Below, one piece after another: positions 27,301-38,400 of a stretch of 64,000 nucleotides of DNA. Positions within the stretch are counted from its first letter, which is position 1. Every line of letters begins with the position of its first letter. The position numbers and the translations under genes were made by a program. The stretch spans positions 55,056,001-55,120,000 of the forward strand of contig CM060732.1 of the NCBI GenBank assembly GCA_030704615.1, read 5' to 3'. This stretch comes from Takakia lepidozioides. Taxonomy: Eukaryota > Plantae > Bryophyta. The notes under the pieces are model-generated. The model did not search any database. It was given only the letters and a program-made list of their open reading frames with translations, and was not told where the DNA came from.

Positions 27301-29119
27301 CGTGTCCTGGGCTCACGCCAGGCTCCTGGGCTCACACTCTAGCATCCCCCTAGCTCACGCCCATGTTAACTCTCTCCCTTGCCCTGAGTAACCTCATGGG
27401 TATGTGTTGTCCCACTAGAGTTGTTTAGGCTATCAGAGAAATCGATGATCTTCTTGCCTTAGGGGCAATCAGGGACTGCCAAAACTTGAACTTACTGTGC
27501 TGGCCACGAGGTTAAGAGTTCACAAGAGAAGGTTGCTAACTCTGTATAGTGAGTGTTCCTAGTTGAGAGAATTGTGCAATCCAGAGACACGATGTGGAGG
27601 ATAGTGAAGCATGTTATGGCCCTCTGCAATGGGTCCTCTTGCAAATGATACCTCTATATTGAAAGCATCAAAACAGACTGGCTACACTTGCTTCTACTCA
27701 CATCAAAGAAGTGATTCATGTGTTGTGATGTCAATGTCTATCTTACAGGAAATCCCTTTCTTGTGTACCAATGTGTTTGGTTGACCCATGAAACTGCAAA
27801 TGAAATGAAATGGCTAGCTTCAGGATTATTGAAGCTGTCTGTAGGATGAATTCTGCAATACAAGATCATTGCAATCAGACCCAGGTAGTATTTGTACCTG
27901 TTTCAGAGCTAGTGCCAATTATTTCTCCTCTTTTTGGCTCTGCCACTGGGCTTATTCTTTTGTAGGACATTTTCTCATGTGAAGATACTGTCTCGAGACT
28001 GTTTGGAATAATTATTGGTAGTTCCAAATCCAGTGATGTTCACGAGCTTATGTCTGGGTCACGTTATATATCCACTGCAGCTGACTGAAGCTGCCTGCTT
28101 CTAAAGAGCAGGAGGTACGTGAATATCAATTGATGGTGATCATCACGGGGTAATCAGATGACTCAAATACATGCTTTTTGATTGCTTTTATTGAGTCCTT
28201 GAAGTCCACGGCCTTCGTCAATGTGCTGCCAACCCAACATTTAACGGCGACCATGAGTGGAAAATAAGGACAGCAATAAAGCTTGAATGCTTGCCACTAG
28301 AGAGAAGGAAGGTACAGAAAACACCACTGCTTGGAACAATATCTAACTAACTATACTTATTACACATTCCTTGCTCATCCCCCAAGGGGAACAACCGAGG
28401 GGAAAAGGCTGTTTACACTGACTTTGGCTAACATCGTCTCTCTACCTCTCTGAAACACTATGCAGTGCTCCCTACCTCTCCAATTTCAGGACTACGCATG
28501 CTTCACCAAAGCATTCTCAGCTGATTGGATGGAGCTACAGGAGCTCCACATGATCAACTGTCTCCAGGATCAGCAAGGACCATCAATACACAATAATCTT
28601 GAAGTTCCAAGTCCAATGATGTAGACTACATCTACTTTCAGTAATAAATTTTGCGGTGAACAGCTGTGAACAGCACAAGAACTATTTCCAACAGTATACC
28701 TGTAGTTGTTTCCCATCTCCATGGGACTAAATGTATGGTAAACATAAACAAGCCACAATGTGAGCTGGTTTCCACTGCATTTCAGCTTGATGTGAGGAGG
28801 CGTTCATAATTAGCCTCCGTACCATCTACTTTAATTGGACAAAAAACGACACAACAAGAAGAAACTAATACCACCGCATCATGGGAGTGTGCCATATCCT
28901 CGAGTGACATTCGAACCTCATGAAATCCAAAAGTCCCTAGGAGAGAGAGAAATAAATGGGCTTTAAGTATATAGCTCTCGAGAAGCCCAATACAAACGTA
29001 CTAAAACACAATCGTTGCAAAAGGACAGCATGAGGGCCTCGCACTTCGATAAAGGAGAGTAAATCAATGAAAGTGTAATTATTGATAATCTAAAAGTAAG
29101 TACTTTAATAATTAGTGCC

Positions 29120-29470
29120 AACTACACGGCGCTCCCCCAACATGGTGGAAAGATAGATATCATAGTGCACTCCTAATTGTGGTGTGGATGTTGGAGCTCC
29201 TTGGAAGCTCGCAAGCCAAACACGGCGCACCCCAGCACATCGTCCCTGCCAAACCGAACACGGGGCTCCCCCAACACGTCGTCCCTACCAAGCCAATCGC
29301 GGCGCTCCCCCAACACGTCGTCCCTGTACACTATGGAATATCACATGCTCCCCCAACACCACGTCCCTACAGGCTGCACTCTGTGTAAATATATCATAGT
29401 GCACTCCTGATTGTGGTGTGGATGTTGGAGCTCCCTGGAAGCTCACAAGCCAACGCGACGCTCCCCGAAC
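29120..29470 (+). repeat. Tandem repeat block abutting the truncated methyltransferase exon
   Basis: About 5 copies of GGCGCTCCCCCAACACGTCGTCCCT-like units, plus a ~65-bp segment duplicated at 29157 and 29391. Confidence 0.85.
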
Positions 29471-32400
29471 TATGGAGAGTAATCTTAATGATGCGGGCCC
29501 CTGGCCGAGAACAACTCTCAATGATCGTTTGGATAAAAGTCGGGCTTTTTTCACGGGCCCCTCTCCAAGGCGTTCCATTTGGCTTTCGCAAACATACGTT
29601 GGAGTCCACATAGTTGTAGTGCATGTCATCGACGACAGGATCGAACCTCTCGTTTATGAAACATCCTCCCCCATGAAGCTCAAACTCCACCACTGTGGTG
29701 GGATTCGACAGTGGATGTACCCTCACGAGACAGACGGCCTCAAATAGACGGGTCTGCGATGAAGAGGTCAATAATTAGTGAGGAATGTTTCATAGCACAT
29801 CTGGGTGGGAGTGCAGACCCATCCCGGATGGAACGGGTTCAGAGTCATTGCTCATGCACCGCCATAACTGAGTGCGCTGAAGCACTCAATTCAGGCAGTG
29901 CAAACAACATGACTTCATAACAGTCAGTACAGTGGAACTTCAACAGAGAGGCATAAAAATAAAGTATTTGAAACGTACCTTCTACCCTGGGAAATCCCCC
30001 TTCGTCAGATATAGGCTGTTGACACAATTCCAGGTCTTGATAATCCGCATCCCCGAGGCTTTTAAGTAACTTGCCAGCTCCCGGCGACATCTCATCGTGA
30101 CAGATTGTATGATAACAAGAACCCCTGCATCGGAAAGGAAAAGCTTGCAAAAGGAAAACACCCAACTCTAATACCTCTCGTCAAATGTGTTCCATGTTGG
30201 GCAGGTGTCACTGGGCAGAATATCCGGGACTGGATGCCCGTCCGGAATGTCCACAATAACCATCTCCGAAGCAAACGGTTTCAGTGCACCATTCACCCAA
30301 GATTCCTTTCCCCTCCATGCCTACAAGCAATATAGCGTATAAGAAGGGAAAGATGTTTTATAAGCGACCTTTCTGATCTGAGTAAAAATAAAACAAAGAA
30401 AACAAAACTCAAACACATGCATGATAATTGCATACCGATTGGAGAAAAGCACAGAGCTTGTCCCACGTTTTGGAAGGATCACCACTGTAACTTGACTTCA
30501 TTGTCTCCATCATGGCCAGGAACCCGTCGTTTACCAGCTCGCACATTCCCGGAAAAATGATTCTAGATGGGTGCTCCATTGCATCGTAGGGCTCTCTAAG
30601 ACCCTTTTTCTTTCGGTCAGGCTTTCTGGCTGGGGGTGGGGTCTGCAGTGGCCCCGGTTGCACCACGGACTCCATCTCATTCTCATTCGGAGTGTTTTTC
30701 TACCCCTTACCTTCCCTTTCCCCTTGTCCTTTCTAGGCTTGACTAGCGTATTTTGTGCAAGAGGCTCTTTCTCAGCCAATATCCTCAAGTTTCTCTCGTG
30801 CAACTCATTGTCCGTCAGAGGGGCCAAGGCCTCTGCATTGTCGTTTTCATTTCGGGTCACAAGCTCAGACCAAGGGCATCCAGACCGTGGGATATCCATA
30901 TACCAGCAGCAGTCTCGAAGATGCGAGGTCCCGTAATCCTTCAAAATCCCTGCAGTGTACATTGTCTGAGCGTTGGATGGATCACACCATAGGTCAATAA
31001 AGTGCGGGTGTCGACTCAGGTTCTGGCCTGGAATGAGAACGTTTTTGATGTACCTACACAATCAAAACAGAGGGAATATTAGTGAGTGGGGAAAGTGTGA
31101 GATAATTGTTTAAGGACCCCTTGACTGAGTGCGCCAACGCACTCAATTTTTGGTTTGTCCAATCAGGCCCTACTTACAAGCCAGGGCAGGTGTGGTTCAG
31201 TTCAGGATCGGATATTCGTATCTACAATGAGAGCTTGGGAGACACAGAAGTGCCCACCCCTTTACTGAGTGCGTCAGCGCACACAGTTTTGGGACTGTTT
31301 ATTCAAAATAGCAGGGCTGCAACGAAATCGAAACTTCGTGAGACATGAAAGAAGGGTGGGAAAAGAGTGTCAAGACGAACCTATATAGAACCCTCTTCAT
31401 GGTCTGTTCTGATCCATGCTGCTACTCGAAGTCGTTAGTGCGCGAGATACCTCCCTCTTTGGCGAACTCCCTGAAGAAGCAAGTGCCGAAGCAAGCTGCT
31501 TTCCACTGGCGGACGTAGTCTTCTAGAGTATCCTTCGGTGGAGTCATAGTTATCTTGTAATCGTTCAGCTGTTTCTCCAGCACCAGCTGTGCCCGAGCCT
31601 CTATCTGCGCAAGAACAGTTCTATAATTCAGAGAAAAGATGTTTAAGAAGAGTAAGTGAATTTTCCCGGTGCAATGCAGATTTGTAGTGGAAATGGAAAG
31701 GGGAGAGGAAAAAACCTATGCCCAGTACGTGGCTTTGTGTAGCCACATATCGAGAACATGGTCACTGAATTGCTTTATGACTCATGTTTCCTTGTTCTTC
31801 TCACTCTTCGGAAAGCAGTGGTTATCTTTCACTGTCGGGTCAGCGTTCCAAATCTCAAGCCCTTTCACTTTCACCTCTGGCTCCACTACGGCAGTGGACA
31901 GGCGATGAAGCTTCTTCTGCATCATTTCGGGCTTGGTGTTCACGTTCCAGTGGATCCTGACCTGATTCAAGAACTCTGGGCCAAAAGCAGGGTCGGCTAT
32001 TCTGAGTTGTTTCACGAACGCGCTCATGTAGTGCCTCTTCACCACCTCCATCTCCTTGTTCATAGATTCTTCCACTCCTTTTGAGGATCGCTCCCCTGGG
32101 TCCTTTTTGGCATAGTACTCTGCTTTCCCTTTCTCTGCAGCCTCCGCAATCTCTTGCTGAACATTCCAGTATACAACTTATTAGTCAACTGGTTTTATGA
32201 ATGAACAAGTAGACAGAGCTAGTGAAGGAATACTTACAGCGTACATGTAGTCACAGAAAGCCTCCCTGGTGAGCTTGTACCATGTGTTGGCGGATTTGGA
32301 GGTCTCGCACTTCTTGTAAGCCTCAGCACTAATAAGGTTTTTGAAGGTGACCAGTGGCATTTGGCCCACCTTCTGTATCCTGAATAGAGTGTGGACCAAA

Positions 32401-34673
32401 TTCGTCGTCACGTGTGCACTTTCAGTTCCCTTGCAGTCCCAAACAAACACTATGACTTCCTCCTTCACCAGGAAATATAAAATTGACAGAACAAATATGA
32501 GAATTCTGATGGCATGAAGGGTAAGCATTATACTTACTTGTTGATGTCATGCATAGCCGTCAGAAGTGCTGTGACGTTTCCTTTCGGATCCAGCACCATG
32601 GACGCCACAAGGTAGTGCCAGTCCTCGTCTGTGCTGTGATATTTGTTTATGACGTTCATCCAGGCCATGAAGCGGTGATTGCCATCCCAAATATGAAACA
32701 TTTTCCCGGAGAACACCTGTGTGGATAGTCTCCTCGAAATCTGGGCTTCGAACTCCTCGTTTACTTCTCGCCATATTGGATCCCAACTTTTGACAATTGA
32801 CTCGTCCACCAAGACCTCTTGTCCACTGGCATCGCACAAGGACACGTAAAACACTGGAGACCCCTCTATGTATCCGTGACTAAAATCTTGCTCCAACTTG
32901 GACACATCCCCAGTCAGGGCAGGTCGAACGATTGGCATTGATAATAGGCGGCAAAGAGGGATCATAATCTTGCCTCCAGGTACCTGCATAGACTTGATCA
33001 CCTGCGCGGAATTGACCTTCTGGTATACAAGGACCTTTGCCGCTCTTTCTTCGTAGAAAGGATCGTCTTCTTCAACAGGCTTCTCAGTTACTTCCTGCTG
33101 CTGCTGCTGCTGCTTCTCAGGCTGCAATCCTTTTCTTTTCCTCCCCTGCACCTCCCACAATTACAACATTTCCTTCATTCCACAGCTACATTTTCCTGAT
33201 CTGGCACCTACAAGAATTGAGTGCGGTGGCACACTCACTTTCAAGACTGACAAAGGATCAGAACAGACAAACATCAGTTCTCCAAAACTACACACATAAC
33301 CCTCCTTTCTTGTCAACCGGAATTGAGTGCGGTGGCGCACTCATTTTTTGGACACCTTCCATGACATCTATGAAATCATGCTCATCGAAGGCACTCCATC
33401 TCTACTCAGTCAATGGCTCCTTTGTCACTTCCTCTTCCACATTGTGTGCTTCATTCTACATGCAGAAACTGAGGCAGAAACTTCATTCTAGAGGCAGAAA
33501 CTTTGTAGTTCATCTCAGACATCATCAAATCAACCATCTACAGGAGCTCAAAAAACTGAGTGCGCTGGCACACTCATTTCTGGGAGCCCTCCACTCTGTC
33601 CTGCTTTCTCTTGCGAGCACACCGAGGTCGTTACCTCTGTCCACGAAGATGGTCGACCTCACCTCAGAACTGAGTGCGTCACCGCACTCAGTTTCAAGGT
33701 TATCGTTTCTGTCTATCTGAAAACTCAAAAGAGATCTCACTTTGAATGAAACACACTTTCTAACTTTCGTTTCACCTCTCTCATAAGCAAACTGACCATT
33801 CTATGGTGATCCGAAACTGAGTGCGTTGGCGCACTCAGTTTGGGAGCCATCCATTCTGTCTACCTACTTCTGTTTTGAGTTCATTGGGCTCTTCACGTCT
33901 GTCCAAAAACATTGTCGATCACACCTCGGAACTGTGTGCGCCAACGCACTCAGTTTCCAGGTTAGACATAATGTGATTCTCAAAACTCATAAGAGATCTC
34001 ACTATGGATAAACGCACTTTCTATCTACTGTTCACCTCAGTCAATAGCAACTCAATGATTCCATGGAGCTCAGAAATTGAGTGCGGTGGTGCACTCAGTT
34101 CAGGGTGACCACTCCAGTGTCTCTCAGACCTAAACTGTGAACATCACCTTCCTCTTTCCCTAATGCCCAAGTGATCGGCAAGCATCCAGTTGAAATGAGT
34201 TCGCCACCGCACTCAGTTTCCCTGTGTCCCTCTCAGGCTTCCGTTTCAGATCATGCTGCCTCTAAGACTTAGTTATTCACCTCGGCCTACAATGGAAGTG
34301 ATAGAGCTCCCCTCAAAACTAAGTGCGGTGCCGCACCCAGTTTTCAGGGGATCTCTCGTATCCTATCTATGCACTTGGTACGACAGTCAAGCGAGATTCA
34401 TGCAGTTTGGGAGAAGGATTACCCTGGGTTTCATGAGACCACTCCCGATGCTTCTTCTTGCTGCGTCCTCACAGCTTCCTTTGGTGTCGCTTCTTTCTCA
34501 CCGACGGTGGTGGTGTCGATGTCCATGTCATGCACAATGGTCTCCGGTGCAGTCTCCTCGCCTTCCCTTCTTCCCTCAGGCTGGACCGGCTCTGTGATCT
34601 GTTGTGATTCGTGGGTTGACGTATCATGTGCAACGTGCTCATCAGTGTTTTGCAGATTGCGCAACTTTCTCAT
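29394..34673 (-). pseudogene. Spliced gene encoding an acidic N-terminus, a ParB/Sulfiredoxin-like domain and a beta-class (N6A/N4C) DNA methyltransferase-like domain; decayed
   Basis: Exon ~33145-32538 has VRPALTGDVSKLEQDF..GY and FHIWDGNHRFMAW. Exon 30320-29979 reads MVIVDIPDG..PTWN..Y*SWVFSFCKLFLSDAGVLVII..SGMRIIKTW. The exon from 29753 reads TRLFEAVCLVR..PWRGAREKSPTFIQTIIESCSRPG. Lesions: in-frame stops (31784, 30170, 29984), frameshifts and a mutated acceptor at ~32431. The 5' exon assignment (34673-~34423) is tentative. Confidence 0.75.
33215..34342. repeat. Array of nine 26-bp palindromes, consensus AACTGAGTGCG-N4-CGCACTCAGTT
   Basis: Copies start at 33215, 33321, 33554, 33668, 33815, 33930, 34075, 34193 and 34317. 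Further copies lie at 29866, 31123, 31263 and 41198. Confidence 0.92.
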
Positions 34674-35449
34674 TCTGACTCGCGCGTTTTTCCTCTCTCT
34701 CGCACCCGTGAAGTAAAAGGACTACCTTCTACATCTTCTTACTATGTCTTCTCTCTCACTCCCGCAACTCTCCAGCTTGACTAACAACAATAGAGAAAGT
34801 AAGGAACCCTGTAAAGCCGTCAGTTATGCATGTGGTTAAGGACATGCGTGTCTACCCTATAACCCCCCAAATGGATTGATCTCACCGACTGTGGCTTATT
34901 GGGCGCCCCTAATGCCATCAATAATGCCGTTTTCTTCAAATGTGGATGTTTTCTGATTTGGATGAAATGTTGCGCACATGAGGTATGCCATCGCCCTATC
35001 ATACACGGATTTTGCCTTCTTCCAAATGAAAACATACATAACGTCAGGAACGCCATGTCCGCGTTCATCCGGCGTCGGATATTTCCCGGGTTTGGCACTC
35101 AATGCACTGTCCAGGTTCACATTGTGGAACGCCGCAAAACGCAAATTGGATTGCCATATCCAAGACGGCGCCGTCTTTTCTCGGTGGTGTGACACTGACA
35201 AAATAAACAGTTTTGTTCCCTTCTCCATCAATTTGGCAACTGCCCAACTGTTTTGGCGGTGTGGTTCAATACCCTTGACCGTTATTGGTTAATGTGTAGG
35301 GCCAGTTGTATAGCTGCCTCTTGCCTTAGCAAACACTTTTGGGATTTGGCAATCGCCTCCGGAAGGTTTTTACCTGTCCATGTCGCACAGTTGTATTAGT
35401 ACTCACCATCGTATGTTCACCACATGGCTTCTCTGATGGTTTTGTTGTG

Positions 35450-38400
35450 GTGGAGGAGCATGTTCTGGCAACAAGGTTCAGGCTTGACATTGGTTGTGTT
35501 TCTGTCGAGAAAGAGATCTATGACTTGGAGGGAAACGTTCAAAGAACGTTGTTCCAGAAACCGCACGTTGCACAGAAACACAAGGAATGGAGAGTTCTTC
35601 CTGGAAAATATAGTGTGTTCCAAAGCGAGAGGAGACAATCCGGTGGCTCCATTGTGACTCCTGGGACAGCTACCTCTGTCGTTCAAGGAAAGTGGCATGT
35701 GACTGTGAAGCAGGAGGACACCACTTCAACAACTTTTGTGACACTGTCGGATTCCTCGGATGATGAATTGGCAGAAATACTGGCTCCCATGAACAGTCTT
35801 CCTGAAGGGGACGTCGATGTTCGGGAAATCGTTAGCGTCATCCCACATCTGAAAGCATTGTCAGGAAATCCAGGATCCAAAAACGAGATCGCAGGGATAC
35901 TGTGGGATTCATTCGCAACAAAAAGGGTTCCTTTCCTTCCACCTTCCTTCGACGGTAACATCCTCTTTGAGCTGAATCCAACAACTTGTGTTGGGGGCCT
36001 CTCAGGTCTCTTGCAAGGAATGGATAAAAAGCATGACGGCCATCCATGGTGCAGAACCAAAACGTCCAATATCCACAACGATGTAAACTTGACATTCAGA
36101 AGGAGCGTTTGTGTGGGGCATCTGAGATGTGTGAATGCAAGTTGCCTGCGTTTCATGAAGAGCGGTGCTAAAAATGAGAGTGAGTAGGAAGGACTCTCCG
36201 ACTTTTATCCCAGGCTGTGCCCCACCGTCTGCCAGTACATTTGTTTGTAAGTTCTGCAAGGTGGCCCCCTCCTACATTGCACATTGCCCTGCTCTCATGT
36301 ACTACGTTACTCACCGTTGCAAAACCATGACTCGAGCCTACATTCATTTTGGGACTCGACGACCATCATGTGTCTCACGGCAATTGCAGAGATAGTGTGG
36401 AGTTGGCGCGTGGGCTTGTTGTGGAGGAGTTTGCAAAGTCCCCTTCAGCTAAACCATTTGCCATAGCGCTGGCTGCCAGCAAAAGTTTCCTAGAGAGGCA
36501 CATTCTTGGGCAAGGAAGCGAATGCAGCTCAAGACTTGAGGGGGCGTCTTTGGATGCAGTGATGGATCACTTCTCCGTGTTGAGCTCCCCCAATATTAGG
36601 AATCAGGTGAATGCATTGAGAGTGCACGGTGGAAACACAGGGTCCATAAACAACATTAATGTCAATAATAAGAATATGACTTTATCCAATCTAGTGTCTT
36701 CCCGGGTCAGGGGTCTTCAAAGGTTTTGTAGTGTGAAAAGAAGGGGCATGAATCCCCTTCTGTGTGATTCTAATAGTACTCCTCTCCAATTGAAGCAAAT
36801 CAAAAGGAAGGAACGTTCTAGTGATCCAACCATCGTCACATGGCTGTGGGTTTCCCTCAGGTCGTTCGTGATCAGAGTTCATGCAATCCTCATCCACGCC
36901 GCAGCGGAAGAGAAGACATGGATGGGGAGTTTGGATTCTTCTTGCTCTTGGTTCTACTTTTATACAACAGCCTTGCCCTACATTTGCAGCACCAGAAAGT
37001 GCTGCCATGATGTCTTCAGTGATGCTACCAGCCCTATGTCAGTGCTAAACACGATCCATGTGGGCAGCTCCCTCGAGCAGCAACACGTCGGAAGCCCCTT
37101 TTTGTAATGAGATCACGCTTTAGAGGGAGGCAGCTCAGATCTGCCATGAACTGCAGGCCTATTGGTGTTCTTCAGAGGTCATGTTTGCTTCCTCTCATCT
37201 CCCCAATTGGCCATCCCTCATTGACCCCTTTTGCTGGGCAGCTCTCTCCCTTCCCAAACTTTTCTCTCTCTTTCTCTCTCTTTTTCTTGGTGTGCAGATC
37301 TCTCACTTTTTCAACAGCAGCCTATCTACAATGCAATGCAAGATACATTCAGCCACGCATCCAGTGTCCCCAGCCTTGGAATCAACCTTGGTCACACAAG
37401 ACATGATCAGCTCCTTCATCAGTCTCTCTCATGCCAATTTCTGACCCTTCACACTACCTTTTTCCAAAGGAGACCCATTTGCCCAAACAGTTTTACAACC
37501 CTTCTACAGATCTCAAACTAAAGACCCCAACAGATCTCTTTTTCCCTTTCAACTGAGAACCTCAGTTGTTCATATGCTGAGACCACTCAGAAAATTAGTT
37601 CCAGACCCCAAATCAGTTGGTTTTTTGCCCCATCCACATCATCCTTTCTCTGATTTCAAGCAGTTATAGCTACCCCTCACTGGTTCCCTCAATAAGCTAA
37701 GCTAGGTCTGCATTGGCTCCAATGAACCAAACCCAGGGCAGCATTGTGTGCAGGCTCATGACACTGAAACAAAGGAAAAAGAACAACACAAACAACAACC
37801 ATTCTGTCTATGTGACGAGCTATCTCTGTCCCCACTCATTTCTCCTACTGACAATGTAACATCAGGTCCATCCATCTCCACCTATCCTGGTTTGAAGTCC
37901 AGAGTCTCCATTCCATTTCTCAAAAGCCTTTTCCCTTCCTCACATTTCTCTCTCTCTCTCTTTCTATTCAAGAGTCAGTCCCAAAATTTCACAAAACGAT
38001 TTCTAAGTGCCAAAAAAGGAAGCCAGCAATCTACGAACTTATCTGTCTTATACTCCAGAGAAGCGGTGGGTCTGCCTGCCAAGATGGCACCTCACCATCT
38101 CCGTCAGCAGCCACATTAACTCATCTTCTTGTCTTGATTCCAGTGTTCATCATGCCATGACGGCTCTGCTTCAGCCTATGGCAACATCCCTGTGGCTTGT
38201 CAACTAATTACCCTATCCTTCTATATGTGCCATTCTTCCCTAAGAATTGATATGGTCCTATAGCAAGAAGACAGAAAGTATCTATAAGCCTTTAATTACA
38301 GATAACCTGAGTTGCCATTCACACAGCAAACACTTCACATGCTTGGCAGCTGTTGAGCCGCTCTATCCCCTCCATTGATTGTGCCCACAACTCCACTTCC

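Noticed and set aside
24330-28800. Exon-like fragments and short ORFs
   Set aside because: Contain stops, and I could not assign them to any family. The GGAAGAGCACAC at ~24369 is too short to call adapter contamination.
33215-34342. CRISPR array interpretation of the palindrome array
   Set aside because: Spacers are 80-120+ bp and partly homologous to one another (~260-bp dimer period), no cas genes are present, and the context is eukaryotic and intronic.
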